Assembly: GCA_000934665.2 (NCBI GenBank)
Contig: JYFJ02001660.1
Span: 1-64,000, forward strand
Length of the DNA stretch: 64,000 nt
Direction of reading: 5' to 3'
DNA from: Catajapyx aquilonaris
Taxonomy: Eukaryota
The notes beneath the pieces were generated by a model. It was not told where the DNA came from, made no database searches, and saw only the letters and a list, made by a program, of their open reading frames with translations. The stretch's first letter is position 1. Each line of letters starts with the position of its first letter. The position numbers were made by a program, and so were the translations under genes. Positions 39,544 through 53,400 of this stretch are shown one piece after another.

Positions 39544-42500
39544 GTATAACGTGTTATAGTACATGCCATTTTTACTGGTTATATAGAAACATAAAGCCGC
39601 GAATAAATCGCAATTTTTTCATACTTTGCAAAAAAATGATATATGAATGTTTTCTATCTTTACTATGGTACGATGCGATGCTGTACTTCATAGCACACAA
39701 ATTCCTCGTGATAGTCGTACCTATCACTATCCGATAGCTAGTCAACCTTGCATCTGAGCGAGAGAGAGAGGAAAAAAAAATCCGGAATCTGCTTACGAAA
39801 CATGATAACAATAGTCGGGTCTTGCATTTGCATGGTATTGCTTTACACCGGCTAAACCCCGCCCTTGAGATATCTTCATATAGCTAAACTTGCAATTGGA
39901 ATCGGGCCGTACAAAACCACAAACCCCCCGCCATATAGACCCACTTCCTGGCTTGTCACTCACACAACCAAAGCCGGATACGTCACTACACATACGTCAC
40001 CCACACAACGTGAGTCAGAATTTCGATTCAAAATATTCCGGTCGAGGTCACTCTTCCCCCCCCCCCCCCNCCCATTATTTTCTTGACTCCTTGAGGCTGG
40101 ATTGTTTGTCCCCAAAAATGCTTCACTTTGGACCCAACAATTTTGCACCTGACAAAATTTGATTAAAAAATTGAGCCCGGTTTTTGCATTACATTTGCAG
40201 ATGAGTTAACCTAATTTGCAATTTATTCCAGATGCGGTCTCTTGTAAAGCGCTTATAGTGTCGAGTGACATGGATTTTTTTGGGGGGCATATAAAGCGTA
40301 GACCTACATAGTCGTAGTAACGGAATTGTCGAGCCTAGGAAATTAGTCGACGTACATTTTGCAAAGGAATTTTATGGGCGGGGCATACCCTTGCATTGTT
40401 CAGATAATTGGCAAAGAATTGTGCAAAAATTACTCTAAGAAATTACTGACTTTAACTTATGTCGAATAACTGATATAATGGGTCGTATAACTAATAGAAT
40501 AACTAATCAGTGCAATGATTGAGGACTGGTATTAAATGCTGAAACTATTAAAAAGCGTCATTAATTTTTTACGCTGCGATTTCAATGGACAGTTTTATTC
40601 ATGGGGGGGTCACTGGACTCCGGATCACTTCGGTAACTTCTTTTTTTTAATGCTTGCGATTTCGCAAAATTGCACCTATTTTATTGCGAGGGCCGTTTTG
40701 CGAAACAGCCCGGTCGTTTCAGAGAGTCTTATTTCACATATCGCAATTATCATTTTCGGAGTAATGGGCAGTTACCACTTTTGAGAGACCGTTTTTGATG
40801 ACCAAAGCTATTAATCCAGCTCGATGCTCCGGAATATATACGAAACTGCACTTAAGTTGAATGAACTGTTACTCTAATTATAATCAAGAATAAGCTCATC
40901 TTAATACAAAACGGGAGTGGAAGATATGTTTTTTTTTGCGATTTTTTTTTTGCATTATTGTTTAGTTTGCGCCAAAATGCGATGGAAGTGTCGTATGTAT
41001 CCTTATAAGTACAAGGTGCTAACTGATAATGAAGTGTCATTTGGATGAACCCCTGACATTTGTATGTCCTCCCAACAATGGACAACAATCCAATATATTC
41101 TCCTGAAGATTTTCTCCATGCGCACGCGTTAACTCCACACATGACGTCACACTATCCTATACGATATATTTTTTTTTTATTCTTCTTCTTCGTCTCTTTG
41201 GTCTCTGACTGTTTCCAACTCCTCCCTGAAGGCTGGAGGAGGGCTGCAAAGGGAAACGAGATCAGTCCGCAGCATGCCTGCCCAGGGTGTTCTCTGCTCC
41301 TCCTGCGCGAGTGAATCCGCCACTGCCCTCGAGTGCACCCCTCAGAGGCACAGGTCAGTTTCACTGGGAAGAGGTCAGAGGTCAAGCTTTTAGGTCATAT
41401 CTAATTGCTGACAGGCTGTCTGACAATGATTGGATGGTACAAAGTGACAGTTTTCTGAATGTGCCGGTTGGAGACATGAAATTGTTGGTGGTAGTTTTGC
41501 ATGCAAATTTTGTTTTAATTGACATGAAGGGTATGTACCCGGCTGATTTTTGCGTATTTATTGCTAGACATTATATCATAGGAAACTAATTAAAAGTTAG
41601 CCTCAATTATTTTCGCATTGTTGTTACATATTTTAGGTAAATGCTAATATTAATTGCAAATAATTATTAGTGCTCTGAATTATTTACCTATTACATGATG
41701 ACTTCCGGTTCAATGTTGGGTTTAGACTGATAATAATTGTTGTGCAGGTGTTAATTTATTCGCATGCACCGAATTGCATTGCATTTGCCAGCATGTGCAA
41801 CTATTGGCATGAAAACGGGGACATGTTCTAATATTATTTTTACTGCTCTCATTTCCCAATGGATTATTTTTCTGGCCCCATTAGCATTACTTTTTTTCAC
41901 CCAAAAAAAAACCCATCTTTTCCTTTCCAAACTCACCTCTATAAAAGATGGTTATCAACTTTTTTTTTTTTTTTGGTACGGATGTCACGCTCAGGCGACT
42001 TTATGATGGCTGATACGAGTTGTAAAAAAAAAAATGAAATGTGTCTCAGTAGCAGACAGTTTATAGTCGGGAACAAATTACTCCGGAGCCCAACGTAAAA
42101 GCTGCAAAGCGCAGGAAACTCCGGGGAAGTTTCCTTAAGTCGTAACTTGTAATAACCCAATTTTTTGGTTCAAAAAACTTCTCTCTCTCTTTTTTTTATA
42201 TATTTTTTTTGCGCATGTGTGTTGCCGGAGCTCTGCTAAGTTGGCGGCAAAAAAGACCCAACACGGCAGAGCTTCTCTGGGGTCTTGCCAAATAGAAGTA
42301 GGCTATATGAATAGGATGGGCCAGGGCCTATGACCTTCTGGCCCAAGGCCACTGGACTGCCTGCAAAAATCTACAGAAAAGATTTTTTTTCTCTCCTAAA
42401 TATGCATAAGTAGGAAATTACACGTTATATGTGACTTAGTAACAGGATGATATTGAAGTGACATCTGCAGGTCATCTTAAAGTGTGCGTATGCAAATCGG

Positions 42501-43045
42501 TGTCTATTTAAAATCGCCCGGATGTCACTAACCCAAACACTGTGTTATCTAAACGTAATTTATAAACTCTGTCTGCCCTTGGCATTGGTAACTTTTTTTT
42601 TTTGAAAGTGACATGTTGCATCATTATGTATCAGTGAATGAAAGGTATATACCAGACAATTTTTTTCTCGAGGACACTCTAATGCTTATGCAGATGAAAT
42701 TCAAAACTGTATGCTGACAAGAATACATTGCAGACATTTCGCGAGTTCTAATGAACGATAGGCTGCATAATTTTGTTGGCCTTTGCTCATTACTAACGTT
42801 ATATTAATTTGAGCAGTAATGAGGCAAAAGCATGTTGAATAAGGTAAAATTTTTGAATTGCGAATTCTTTTTGAGTAATATTTTGTGAAGTTGGACATTG
42901 CTTTTTTATTCTTATTTAAAAAAAAGACATTTGAGTCCAATTTGGACTGTTAGGTCAGTTATGAGGGGGCACGATTTTCCACTTTATTTTCTAATTGAAA
43001 TTGTTTAAAAAATTACTCACATGTTAAGATTGTAAGTACAGTACT

Positions 43046-43120
43046 ATATCGCTCAAAAAGATGAATACGATTTTGCATTTGGTTTCAATGCAAAATCGTC
43101 TCTATCTTTTTGAGCGATAT
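43046..43120. repeat. Imperfect palindrome (75 bp)
   Basis: atatcgctcaaaaagat..acgattttgcatt / aatgcaaaatcgt..atctttttgagcgatat. Confidence 0.75.
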
Positions 43121-44270
43121 TACAATAATTTTGGTTCCTAAGTTATGCAGATTGTACAGTACTTGTAAGAGGTGGGATGAGCAATAAATAAATAGCACTC
43201 TTTACATGCAGAAATTGCACCTTATTGATGTTACCTCTTGATACAATAATTATTTCAAACTTATTAAATTACGACCATCACTTAATTGAAGCTACCTCGC
43301 GCCATGGGCAAAATCGTTTCGAAGCTACAAAAAAAGCTTGGAATTAATGATAGGAACCAATTACAGCTCGGTTTAGCAGCGATGCGTAAAGACCAAAAGA
43401 TATGAACCATGGAAAAGATGTGTGAATGCCACACACAGATCGCATTCGGTTTCGCCTCAAAAACAACGATGTCTTTTTTTTAAAAAAGAAAAAAATTGTG
43501 TGAAAAAGAGGCCGAATCCAAACAATTTACATCTCCTGCAAAAATTTCGTCCCCATTGTTATATTAACACTTGGAAGTTACGACCAGTTTTTTTTTCTTT
43601 TGGCATATAACTCACTGCACTCAGACCGATATTTTTTCCTTCTCCAGTTGCAGTTGGAAACAGTCTTTTTTTTCGTCTACTTTTTTGGGGGGGAAGGTTC
43701 TTGTTCCCTCGGCTGCCTCCATTTGACAAGTAAGCTTTTGGCTCCCTTCTCCATCCCCTTCTTTCATCACCCCCATCCCTCCCTCCCCTCTTTTCTCCTT
43801 CCTCGAGAGTCGCCGACAGCCGGAAGTTTCCCTAATCTACTATTCTACTCAAGAAAACCGGACCAATAGTTTTGCTTCAGAAAAAAAAAATCGGAGACTC
43901 GTTTTTGATACTTTGGAAGCAGGGTCGACGTTCTGAGAAGAAAACGGTACGGTAACTTAGGTCTATATGGTTCCTAAAGTTGGCTCTGAATTCGGTGGAA
44001 AAAAAACTCAGGAGGATGAAAATGTGTCATGATTTTTTGATATGCACCCTGTATAGAGAAAGGTTGCTAACCCTGCCATATTGGATATAGTGCACCTATG
44101 TATGAAGTCACTTAATATTTGTTTCAAAATTCATGAATTTTGGAACAAATATTAATCTGACAAATATTTTTAGATCACCCTGTTGTTTTGTTGAAATTAC
44201 AACTTTCTATTGTTTCTATTAGATTGAGAGGGCAACACCATCATCAGCTGCAGGAGGAGCCTCATGCGAG

Positions 44271-47089
44271 ATGAGTTTGGGGATGGAGAAGACATCGTTT
44301 GTTCTGCTGGTGTGGTGCGCGTTGGTGTTGACCCCGGGGTCAAATAAAGTGGGGTCATCCTCCGTGTTGGGGTGTCCTATGTTGATGGGGGGCGAATCGG
44401 ACCCCAGTTGGCGAGCAGCCGCATCACCTGTGGTCCTGGAGGCTGAGGTCAGGGCCAGGGGTCGACCTGACTCTTCGGGAGTGTACCCTGTCCACGCTCA
44501 GGTCATTCGTGTCCTCAAAGGTCAACCTGCCCGAAGAGGGGCCATCCGAGTCAGACTGAGGGACCAGGATGACCCCGGTGGAGGGACGATCATACGAAGG
44601 AAAAGTGGTCAGCAGCAATTAGGGACATGTCTGCCTCCCCAGGTCAGGTTACGACCTGGGAGGAGGTACATATTCTTCCTGTCCAGGTCGGACACAGGGA
44701 GAGACATGGTGGCCGTAGCCGTACCGGTTGCAGTGTCCAAGCGCATCCTCAAGAGGGTCAAGGATGTGATCTGCGATGGCTGTGGTGAGTGTCCACAAAT
44801 TTTTTTGGTCAGTTTATATCATAAATAGTGATGCACGTTGGTGATGAGTCACCACGTGGACAAACGTTTCGCTAGATAAAATAGGTGATGTGATGAATGG
44901 AAATTCGAGTGAAGTGTACAGAGGATGCGGTTGCGGTACCGGTATGATTCTGAAGAAGGTACTGGGAGTCACAAAACCTTGAAGAATCGTCTGAATCAGT
45001 TTGGCTTCCACAGTAGAGTATATTTTAAACAAAAAGAAGTTGAAAGTAATAGTTTTAAAAAAAATGCATGAAGCTTTAAGCCAGAGATGTCAATCGTTAG
45101 AGTGACTTGTGGAGATGGGATAAGAGACATATTGTCCTTCATGGTCGTTTTAGCTTCTGTTGGAGCTTGATTTATCGAGGGTTTTTCCTTGAGAATATTT
45201 CTTTCCTGATGACGTACATTCTGATCAAATGAGGATTAGTGGAACAAATATGTCTCAGTGAGGGTTAAGAAACATGGGTGGTTGCACACTAAAGTCCAGG
45301 CAACTTATTTCGTTTTCTTTGGCACAGCACACTCGTTACTTGGGGTCTTCCGAGTTCTATTAGGAAGTGGAAATTGGATCTGACGGTGTTGTTGATGTAC
45401 ACACAGACATACACACAAAAAAAATGCATTGAATATACCCACTTCCGTGATCTGAAGCCAAAGTGTATTATCCATGTATGTTTATGCAAACTGTTTTTTT
45501 TATATAGTTACAGCATACTTAACCTGTCGTCGATCTAAGTGGTTCATTCTAGCATGACATATTGAATGAAACAGTAGATTTGAGTGACTCTTTAAAAAAA
45601 TGTGATCTATCATTTTTGACAGACGTCATTTTGACTACCTACCCTTCTTTTTTTGTCTTTTTGGCATCTTCATCCATTCGCTAGATTCTATAATGCTAAT
45701 TTTGGGTGCCGTCGAGTAGAAGGAAGGGTGGAGGGTTTGCTCGGCTTAATTTAGTCGGAGAATAGATGGGAACGCAACTTTTTTTTCCTAAGCTTCATCT
45801 TAATGTGAATATGGTACGAAATTTGGGCTGGCACGTGCCATAAATTTCTAGCTTTAAAAGTTGCAAATATTTCACATTTATCTTCATTGCAGACCGGATG
45901 GTAAACGTTTGACAAAGTTACAGCTTAAAAACGTAGCAGCGAAGTTTCCAAGAAGTTCTATAATCAAATTAATATTAAAAGAAAGTCGTGTAATGATTAA
46001 TAATGGGGGTAATGTACTGGGTGTAACAATTTAATTTTTCAATAATAATTTTATGTCGCACAAGCACATTTTATCCTGCAAGACCGATTACTGAGTACTG
46101 CTGGTTGCATAAGTGTAAGGATAATTTCGTCTGTAACCGGGTAAGGGATGATTGGGTGGCGTAATAAAGAGAAGTAGTGTTGGAGACAGAAAATGTCAAA
46201 AAAGGGAAAGCGGATTTATCGGAGCGGATCTGAAGCCTTTGGAGATTGTGTCTAAAGCGGAGGGGTAGCTTGTAATGGAGACATTTCGAAGAGGGCTTGA
46301 ATGACTTAAAATAGGCCTGGCTGATGCCTGTGCATGCCTACACAGCCTACACAGAAAAACTAGGCTGCATTTGCCCATCACGCGACCGTAATAATAAATG
46401 GATGCCATTTAAAAAAATTGGAATCAATTGAAATTGGGCATTAGGAAGTCTGTTAAAATTAAAACACTTGCAATATGTTCGTAAATTAATAATTCTCATA
46501 ACGACGACGGAAACGTAACTATATCCTGCTAACATAGTACTGAGTTAGCAGGATATACGTTTCTTTCGTTATGAGAATCATTAATTTATGAAAATAGGTT
46601 TAGGAGTAGATATTGACACAACACTAATGTTCTGGTTATTAATAAATTGTTGACGTCATTGAATAATTATGCACAGTTCTGCGCTAACTTTGTGAGACGA
46701 TAATTAAGCGAGTCTTAATGGGTGCAACGTGATGTTAATTCGTCAATACACTTAACATTACGAAATGAAACAATCCACTCTAAATGCGCTTGCGGATTAT
46801 TAATATGAAGAAATAAACAGCCAAAAATTATGACAGACAATTTTGCCTTTTTTTTGCAGGTAGAAATTCCCGCCAAAATATTACCAGAAACACAGAATTT
46901 GTTGCAACTAATGGGATTATGGGGGTGGATTCATGAAATGGATTTTATTCGGAATGGAACTGTCGTGATTGAAATTTTTTTAAGAACCTGAAAAAAAACC
47001 AACTCAAGCTATAGACAAGTAACATGTTAACTGACCTGCTTTTAATTAATTACACGACTTATTTGTCAGCGAACTTGTGCGATGATGAC

Positions 47090-47153
<64 letters not shown>

Positions 47154-47437
47154 TGGATTGTACTGCACATGCCAGACATCAGATGTTGCACGCTAGACAG
47201 AGTTTATGACCGGTCGTTTATTGCTAAAACTGCATTTTCAAGACACATGACCACCCCCTCCTCAACCCCATTCTGCTTAATTTAGCCTTAGAAGGCATGT
47301 TCCAGACGATTAGTTCAGTGCAAGTGCACTTGCCCCACCTCCAGTCCCATCCTCCCTTCCCTTTTAAAAAAATGGTTATAGATGGGGGGGGGGGGGGGGG
47401 GGGNTCTAAAGTGTAAAGGCTGTAAAGGCTGCCCCCC

Positions 47438-47476
<39 letters not shown>

Positions 47477-50400
47477 AGCCTCCCTTCCACCATCTCCTCC
47501 TCCTCTCCTGACTCCCCGGCTGCCGCCCTCGCCGCCCCAAAATAGTGCGAAATGCGATCCTTGGCGAGGGAGGGCGGGGCTGCCACATTCGAAAAGAACT
47601 GGGAAGGGTGCTAGGGTGGGTAAGGGGGATGGATGGAGGGGGGGGGGGTTTAAAGCAAAAGCACATAACACATACACATGGGTGGCTAGACGGTAGGGTC
47701 CATTCATCCAAGGGTGCTCTGTCTCCCGCCCAGCCGCCATGACACACTCTTCTTCTTTTTCTTTTTGTTTGTCCCCCCTCACACCGATACGGAAGGATCT
47801 CTTTGGGACACCCTGTTCCGGTTTGTTTTTAGTTTCGTGCAGGTGTACACACGAGTAGGCTGTAAAGTGGTTATGGCCACATGATGGATACGATGTGTTT
47901 CATATATATGGGAGATTAACAAATACAGTTGAATCCGGATATAACAGACTTCGAGGGACCGTGAAAAAAGTCTGTTATAGGCAGCTACGAATACATAAGT
48001 TTTCTGCCTTCATATATGCTTATAATGCACACTACTGGATATACTTCTTGATGAAACTATGCACAAACATGCAAAATTAGTTCACTCGTAACTTAGGCAG
48101 GACCCCCCCCCCCCCAAATCCGCCAATTTCTTCTGCAGTGTCGTTCTTGCCAAATATACAAGAAAAACAATGATTTGACCGGCCTTTTCGGAAAGTGTTA
48201 GATCAGTGACAGATGGGAAATGACGTTTTTTTCGCAATAGAATTGTCATTTAAATACTACATTAATTAATTAACAAATCTAACGTAGACGTTTTACCCGT
48301 ATTCACCAGCACATTACTTGCACAGTTTGTCAAAAAGGTTCAGCTACAGGCGTATTCTGGCGGTACTCAAGATAATATGAAGGTGATGAGGGTTGCATAC
48401 CACCAGGATACTTATATTGACATGTAGTACATTATCTTAGTAGCTTCTAGCTAATGTTAATTTTTTACTTAATGCACAAGACAAGTGTGTTCCGCATGTG
48501 ACTATAGGGGAAGGAAAACATTTTGCTGTCGTCTACTGGTTGATCCATAGACGTTTCTCGCCAGTACGTTTTGGGCCAACGATTTTTACACCGTCTGGAA
48601 GTCCCATTAGTGAGAAACACCTTGTAGGTCCAAAAATATGTGGGAATATGGTACCCTGGGGCGCTATGCTAACTGTCAGCACTATAGTGAGGTGAAAGTT
48701 ATAGGGACACAAAATTTGTCACATTTCTAGAGTGATGATGGTTGGGTATAGAATCATTGGCTGAACAAGTGTTTGTTTATTTATTTATTCTACTTACATG
48801 CCGTTTAGCGCGGTTTGCATGTTTCGACCACAACAGTCAGCATTTAGCAATAACAAAGAGAAAATAACACTGGAGTGTTGATGGTTGCGGAGCGCCAGGA
48901 TACTATTAGCCCGAAAGAAAATATTAATGGCAAGGGATAACCTGATGGTTATATAATTCCACAGTAACGCTAGGCTGACGTGTTGCTTTCCGATATGATA
49001 TTCCGTGATGTAATTCCCATGAGAATCGCACCAAAAAACTTGAATTCTATAACGGCTACTCGCAGCAGGTGGTTTTTGCGCCTATTGTAGAAAAAAATAA
49101 ACAATTTATGAAAAATAATTGGAGTGGACAATAAGCGACTGAGCCTGATATTTATTGGAATTAATTTATGGAATTAAATGTGTAACTTGCTAATAAACAT
49201 TTGTGCAAAACACGGTTCACATGATGCCCCGTGCCGATATAGTTTGTAATTTGTCCAAATGTGCAGTTTTGGAAGACCCAGTTAATTAGTTACTCGATGC
49301 GAATTGTGCTTAACATTTATTTACAATCCGCTGCCAAATACATGCATAGGAATATGAACTTTCGAAGGGTTATTCGTAGTACAGTACCGTATCTGAAATC
49401 TCTACATGGATATCACAGAGCAAATTATTTTCATAATACATATGTACCGCATTTAAATCGCAAAACACAACTTCCTCGTACATTGAGAAAGTCTTACGTT
49501 GCGAATTTCCACTACTGCTAAATGCTAACTTTTGAAAACCACTTGTCGCTAATAGGGAATGCTTTCATCTGCGCATTATTTGCATTTTTGTTGAGTTTTA
49601 ATGGAATAATCATTGGTGGTTGCTTGTACTAATTTTGTGATTTTGTATTGTATCCTGCGACTATAGGCAACCAGCGTTTAATGATTCACTAAAATTTAAA
49701 ATTAATACAAATCGTACAGTTGTCACTTTCCAGGAAGAAATAATTTATTTTCGCATATTCAGACTTGTTTACTGTAATATGAAACATTCAAAAATTGTGA
49801 AATAATTGCAACTCGTGACCTGATTATTATTGCAATTCTGCAGTGTAGCATGAAATAAGCTGTTATTCACTTTTGATCAACATGAACGTCAACTGTCATA
49901 TGTCAATATCCGGAAAAGTCTGGACATGTACTTTGCTTGCAAGTGACGCGGACGGGTGGAATTAGATGTCAAGTTGGTCATACGTACATGATTACGGTGA
50001 AGTGGAGATAATGTGCTGTGGTTGAAAAAGTTATGACAACAAAAGGCCGGTAAAATATTAGCCGAGAAAAGATTAATGGCCAGACAATGTCTGTCGCTGA
50101 AGGTTATCTGCAGCACTGTAATTACGACACACTGATTACTGTAACACACCATAACCTCCGGGTATTATGCAACATGGATAAATATGATATCACTCATGCA
50201 GGTTATTATTACCACATTCTGAAATCAGCACATGACCGTAATTTTTTAAAAGGATTTTCCGTATAACAACATATAGCCACTTGGTTTACCAGGGGCTTGA
50301 AGACACTGATATTCTTGGCCACATATTAATGTAATGAAGATTGTTATTGTTTTATTTGCAATTTTGTTTATTTAGATCAGAGGTGTGAATCCTTTTTAAA

Positions 50401-53400
50401 GATTGAAGGACTGATTTAGATGAAATCGCGTTTGCATGAATATTTATCTCGCCAAGTCCATGCTGAGACCACATGCGACGCTTTTTCTCAGATGTTCTAC
50501 ATATGTATTAGAAGCTTAAATAAGATTTCCTAGAAAGGTTGATTTTAGTATTCCCGGTTTTTCCCTATGCATATGGCGCTCACATGTGTCCACTCCCTCT
50601 AATATTTTATGTATTTCCTGGAACTAATAGACACATACATACAAAGTGTACAGTGTGTAAAAGGACACGCGTAGTTTCCATCACCGTTGAATTCGCGGGA
50701 AACCCAAAAATAAATATATGTATGCTCCATCCGTGTTTATACCCAGCCATTAGCACATGTTTTTTTGAGTTTTTTTTTCTCTTCTCCACCTCACATGTGA
50801 TGCGACACACGAAACAGTGGGCCTCCTTCAGGACAGTCTTTTAACTTGGAAAACTAGGAGGGCGGCTCCTGAAACATCCGAAAGGAAAATAATTGCTTGA
50901 TTTCTTGACAGGATTATGACACGAGGAAAGAAAGAGACGACACAAAAATAACCAAAGTGGTCTGGAACACTTCTTCTGAGGTGGGAAGGGAAGAAACTTG
51001 GTTGTGTATCCACCTTCAAAAAGTCTTCCGATTTATGTGGGGTCATTAACACGTCCACCATTGGCGGAATGGTCCAAAATGGTCTCCTGTTACAGACACT
51101 GTTAACAGACTTACAGTTGGCGGTACTTTTTGAAAGTGAATTCGGTTGGCGATTGATGTTATTTATTTATTGGTCACTGAGGACCTTTCGTGGGTCGGTT
51201 TTGTGTACCCACACATCTTTTCCTAGTACCCACCAAAAATCTTTGGTGTTGCCAGAGCAGACTGTGAACGGTGCTGACGGAAATATAACATAGCGTCTTT
51301 TCCTTTTCTGGGGCCAAGGACGTACAGCTTCCGTGTGCGCAGTGTGATTCGTTTTAAAAGTCGAATCGGTTTTACACATTATATTGAGAAATTATATTTT
51401 AAAAATAAATTTAATAAATATGTGTCAAAAAATTAAGACAAAAAACCTTTTATTACGCACAAATTTTTCATGCAAGAAATTATTTTCTGCCACGGTTCTC
51501 AGTATGTTAAGTTCAAGTTCAATGTTCCGCAAGCATATTTTTCATGTGTTGTAATAACTTTCCTGCCATAAGTTATTATGTGCGTTAATAATTTGCAGTG
51601 ACATATACCCCCTTGGCTCTTGAAGATGCTACTTCTGAACTTCCGAGTGTCTTGTAATATGTTTCCGCCTGTGCAACCTCGTGCAAAAATATCTTTACAT
51701 GATATTATGAGGGTACCTCATGCATTTTTACAACCTATTTCTGTCGCGGTGAGTACGACAAGTAATGGCTAAGTGTCACAGATGTGTCATTCGAGGACGA
51801 GTCTAATAGTCTTTACATATGTCCAGGACTTCCTGTATAGCAAAATGTGATAAGTACTAATAGCATAAATATTTTTAAGGGAATATTATTTTTAGGGTAA
51901 GTTAAGTGTCGAAACCAAAAAAAGGGTCACCTTTAAAAACGTGCGTATATGGCGGCACACGTTTTAATGGCAACACAAACAATCGTAAGAAATGGAAAAA
52001 CCCAAAATTTAATTTTTATGTAGAACAACAGGATTTCGGGTATTACTTTTCAGCATCGGGTACGTCGAACGAAAATATTTTATGGGATTTTTTCTCACTT
52101 CCTTTTGCCATATGATCATGTCATCAAAACTATTTATTTACTATTATGCTTTGGCGACTTATAGCTCTTCAATTTTTCAAGAGCAAATCATCACTCCGAA
52201 TAGCCTCACAATATGTAGGTCGGGGACACCTATTTGCATAGGTACGACCAGCATAAATATTCGGGAGTGCCTCTAGAATCACTAAACCTTAAGGCTGTGG
52301 ATCATACGATACAAATGTCCTTGGATTCGTTTCCTGTGGGAATTGGGTGTACCATTGCAACCCACATACCCAACAACAACGACGACAGTGTGAACCCCCA
52401 ACTTTTGTCTCATATTATTAAGAAGCTGTAGCACGCGCCTTGATGTCTATACCAAACAAATGGTCGGGCAGTTTGAGTGAAAAATCTATTCTGAATAGGG
52501 GGCCGAAGAAGAAGATTCTGATAGACACAACAAAGGTAGTCTGGCCCTGATCCAGAGTGATAAATCAAAGCCACGGTGAAAACACGCCCTGAGCCGAGGT
52601 CGTTGGCCCGTTATGGCTTTGCAAATAAAAATACATTTATTTTCGTTTTCAGCTTCCAAGGTATTTGCAGGCGGGCTTTTGACGGAGACACACAAAAAAA
52701 ATATAGATGTGGGGGATAGAAAATGGGTGACACTATTTCAGATAGTTTGGGTGTGACATATGGTTCGAATAGAGTTGGAGAGAGAAAAATAAAGGAGAGC
52801 CAAATGGATTGATTCATTCTGAAGCGATTAAGGCGGAAGTCCAGAGTAAGCTTCTGGGATTGTGGAAATGCTGCCAAAGTCAACTGGTACCAGGAAATTC
52901 ACGAAGACACGATGCCAAACTTTATTATTTTGTAATACTTTTTTACTATACATTATTAGAACTAGAGCAGCAGAATTGGTACAGTGGATTAGTGCTTGCC
53001 CCTGTTTTTGTAAAAAAAAAAGAAGCATTTAGAACGAAAGAAGTCATCAGTTTGAATTTTTTCCCCCTCCATGTACAGTGTCGCAAGCAGTATACGACGC
53101 GATTACTGTCCAACCTATATGAAGTGAGATAATCACAAGTTGAGAACTTATACGTCAAAAATTAGTAATATTTGCGGCAAAAAACATGTGATAATTTCTG
53201 ATCTAAAAATATGTTTGTGTATTTTTGTGCTGATTTTGTAACTTAACTGACCTGCTATCACACAGTCCAACTTGTGATAAAAATATGCCGAGATATGAGT
53301 CTAAAAGTGAATATTTTGGCTGCCACTATGTTTGTTTGGCTATCATCTTTTTTTTCTGACATCACGGCAAAAATTGCGATGGGTCAGTTTCACACGTTCC

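Noticed and set aside
21497..47404. Poly-G/C runs containing N (21507, 40070, 47404) as G-quadruplex elements
   Set aside because: An N inside a homopolymer indicates a sequencing or assembly break, so the true length and content are unknown.
47224..47782. Overlapping 100-155 aa ORFs
   Set aside because: They arise from (CT)n, poly-G and other low-complexity sequence in the vein-like intron.
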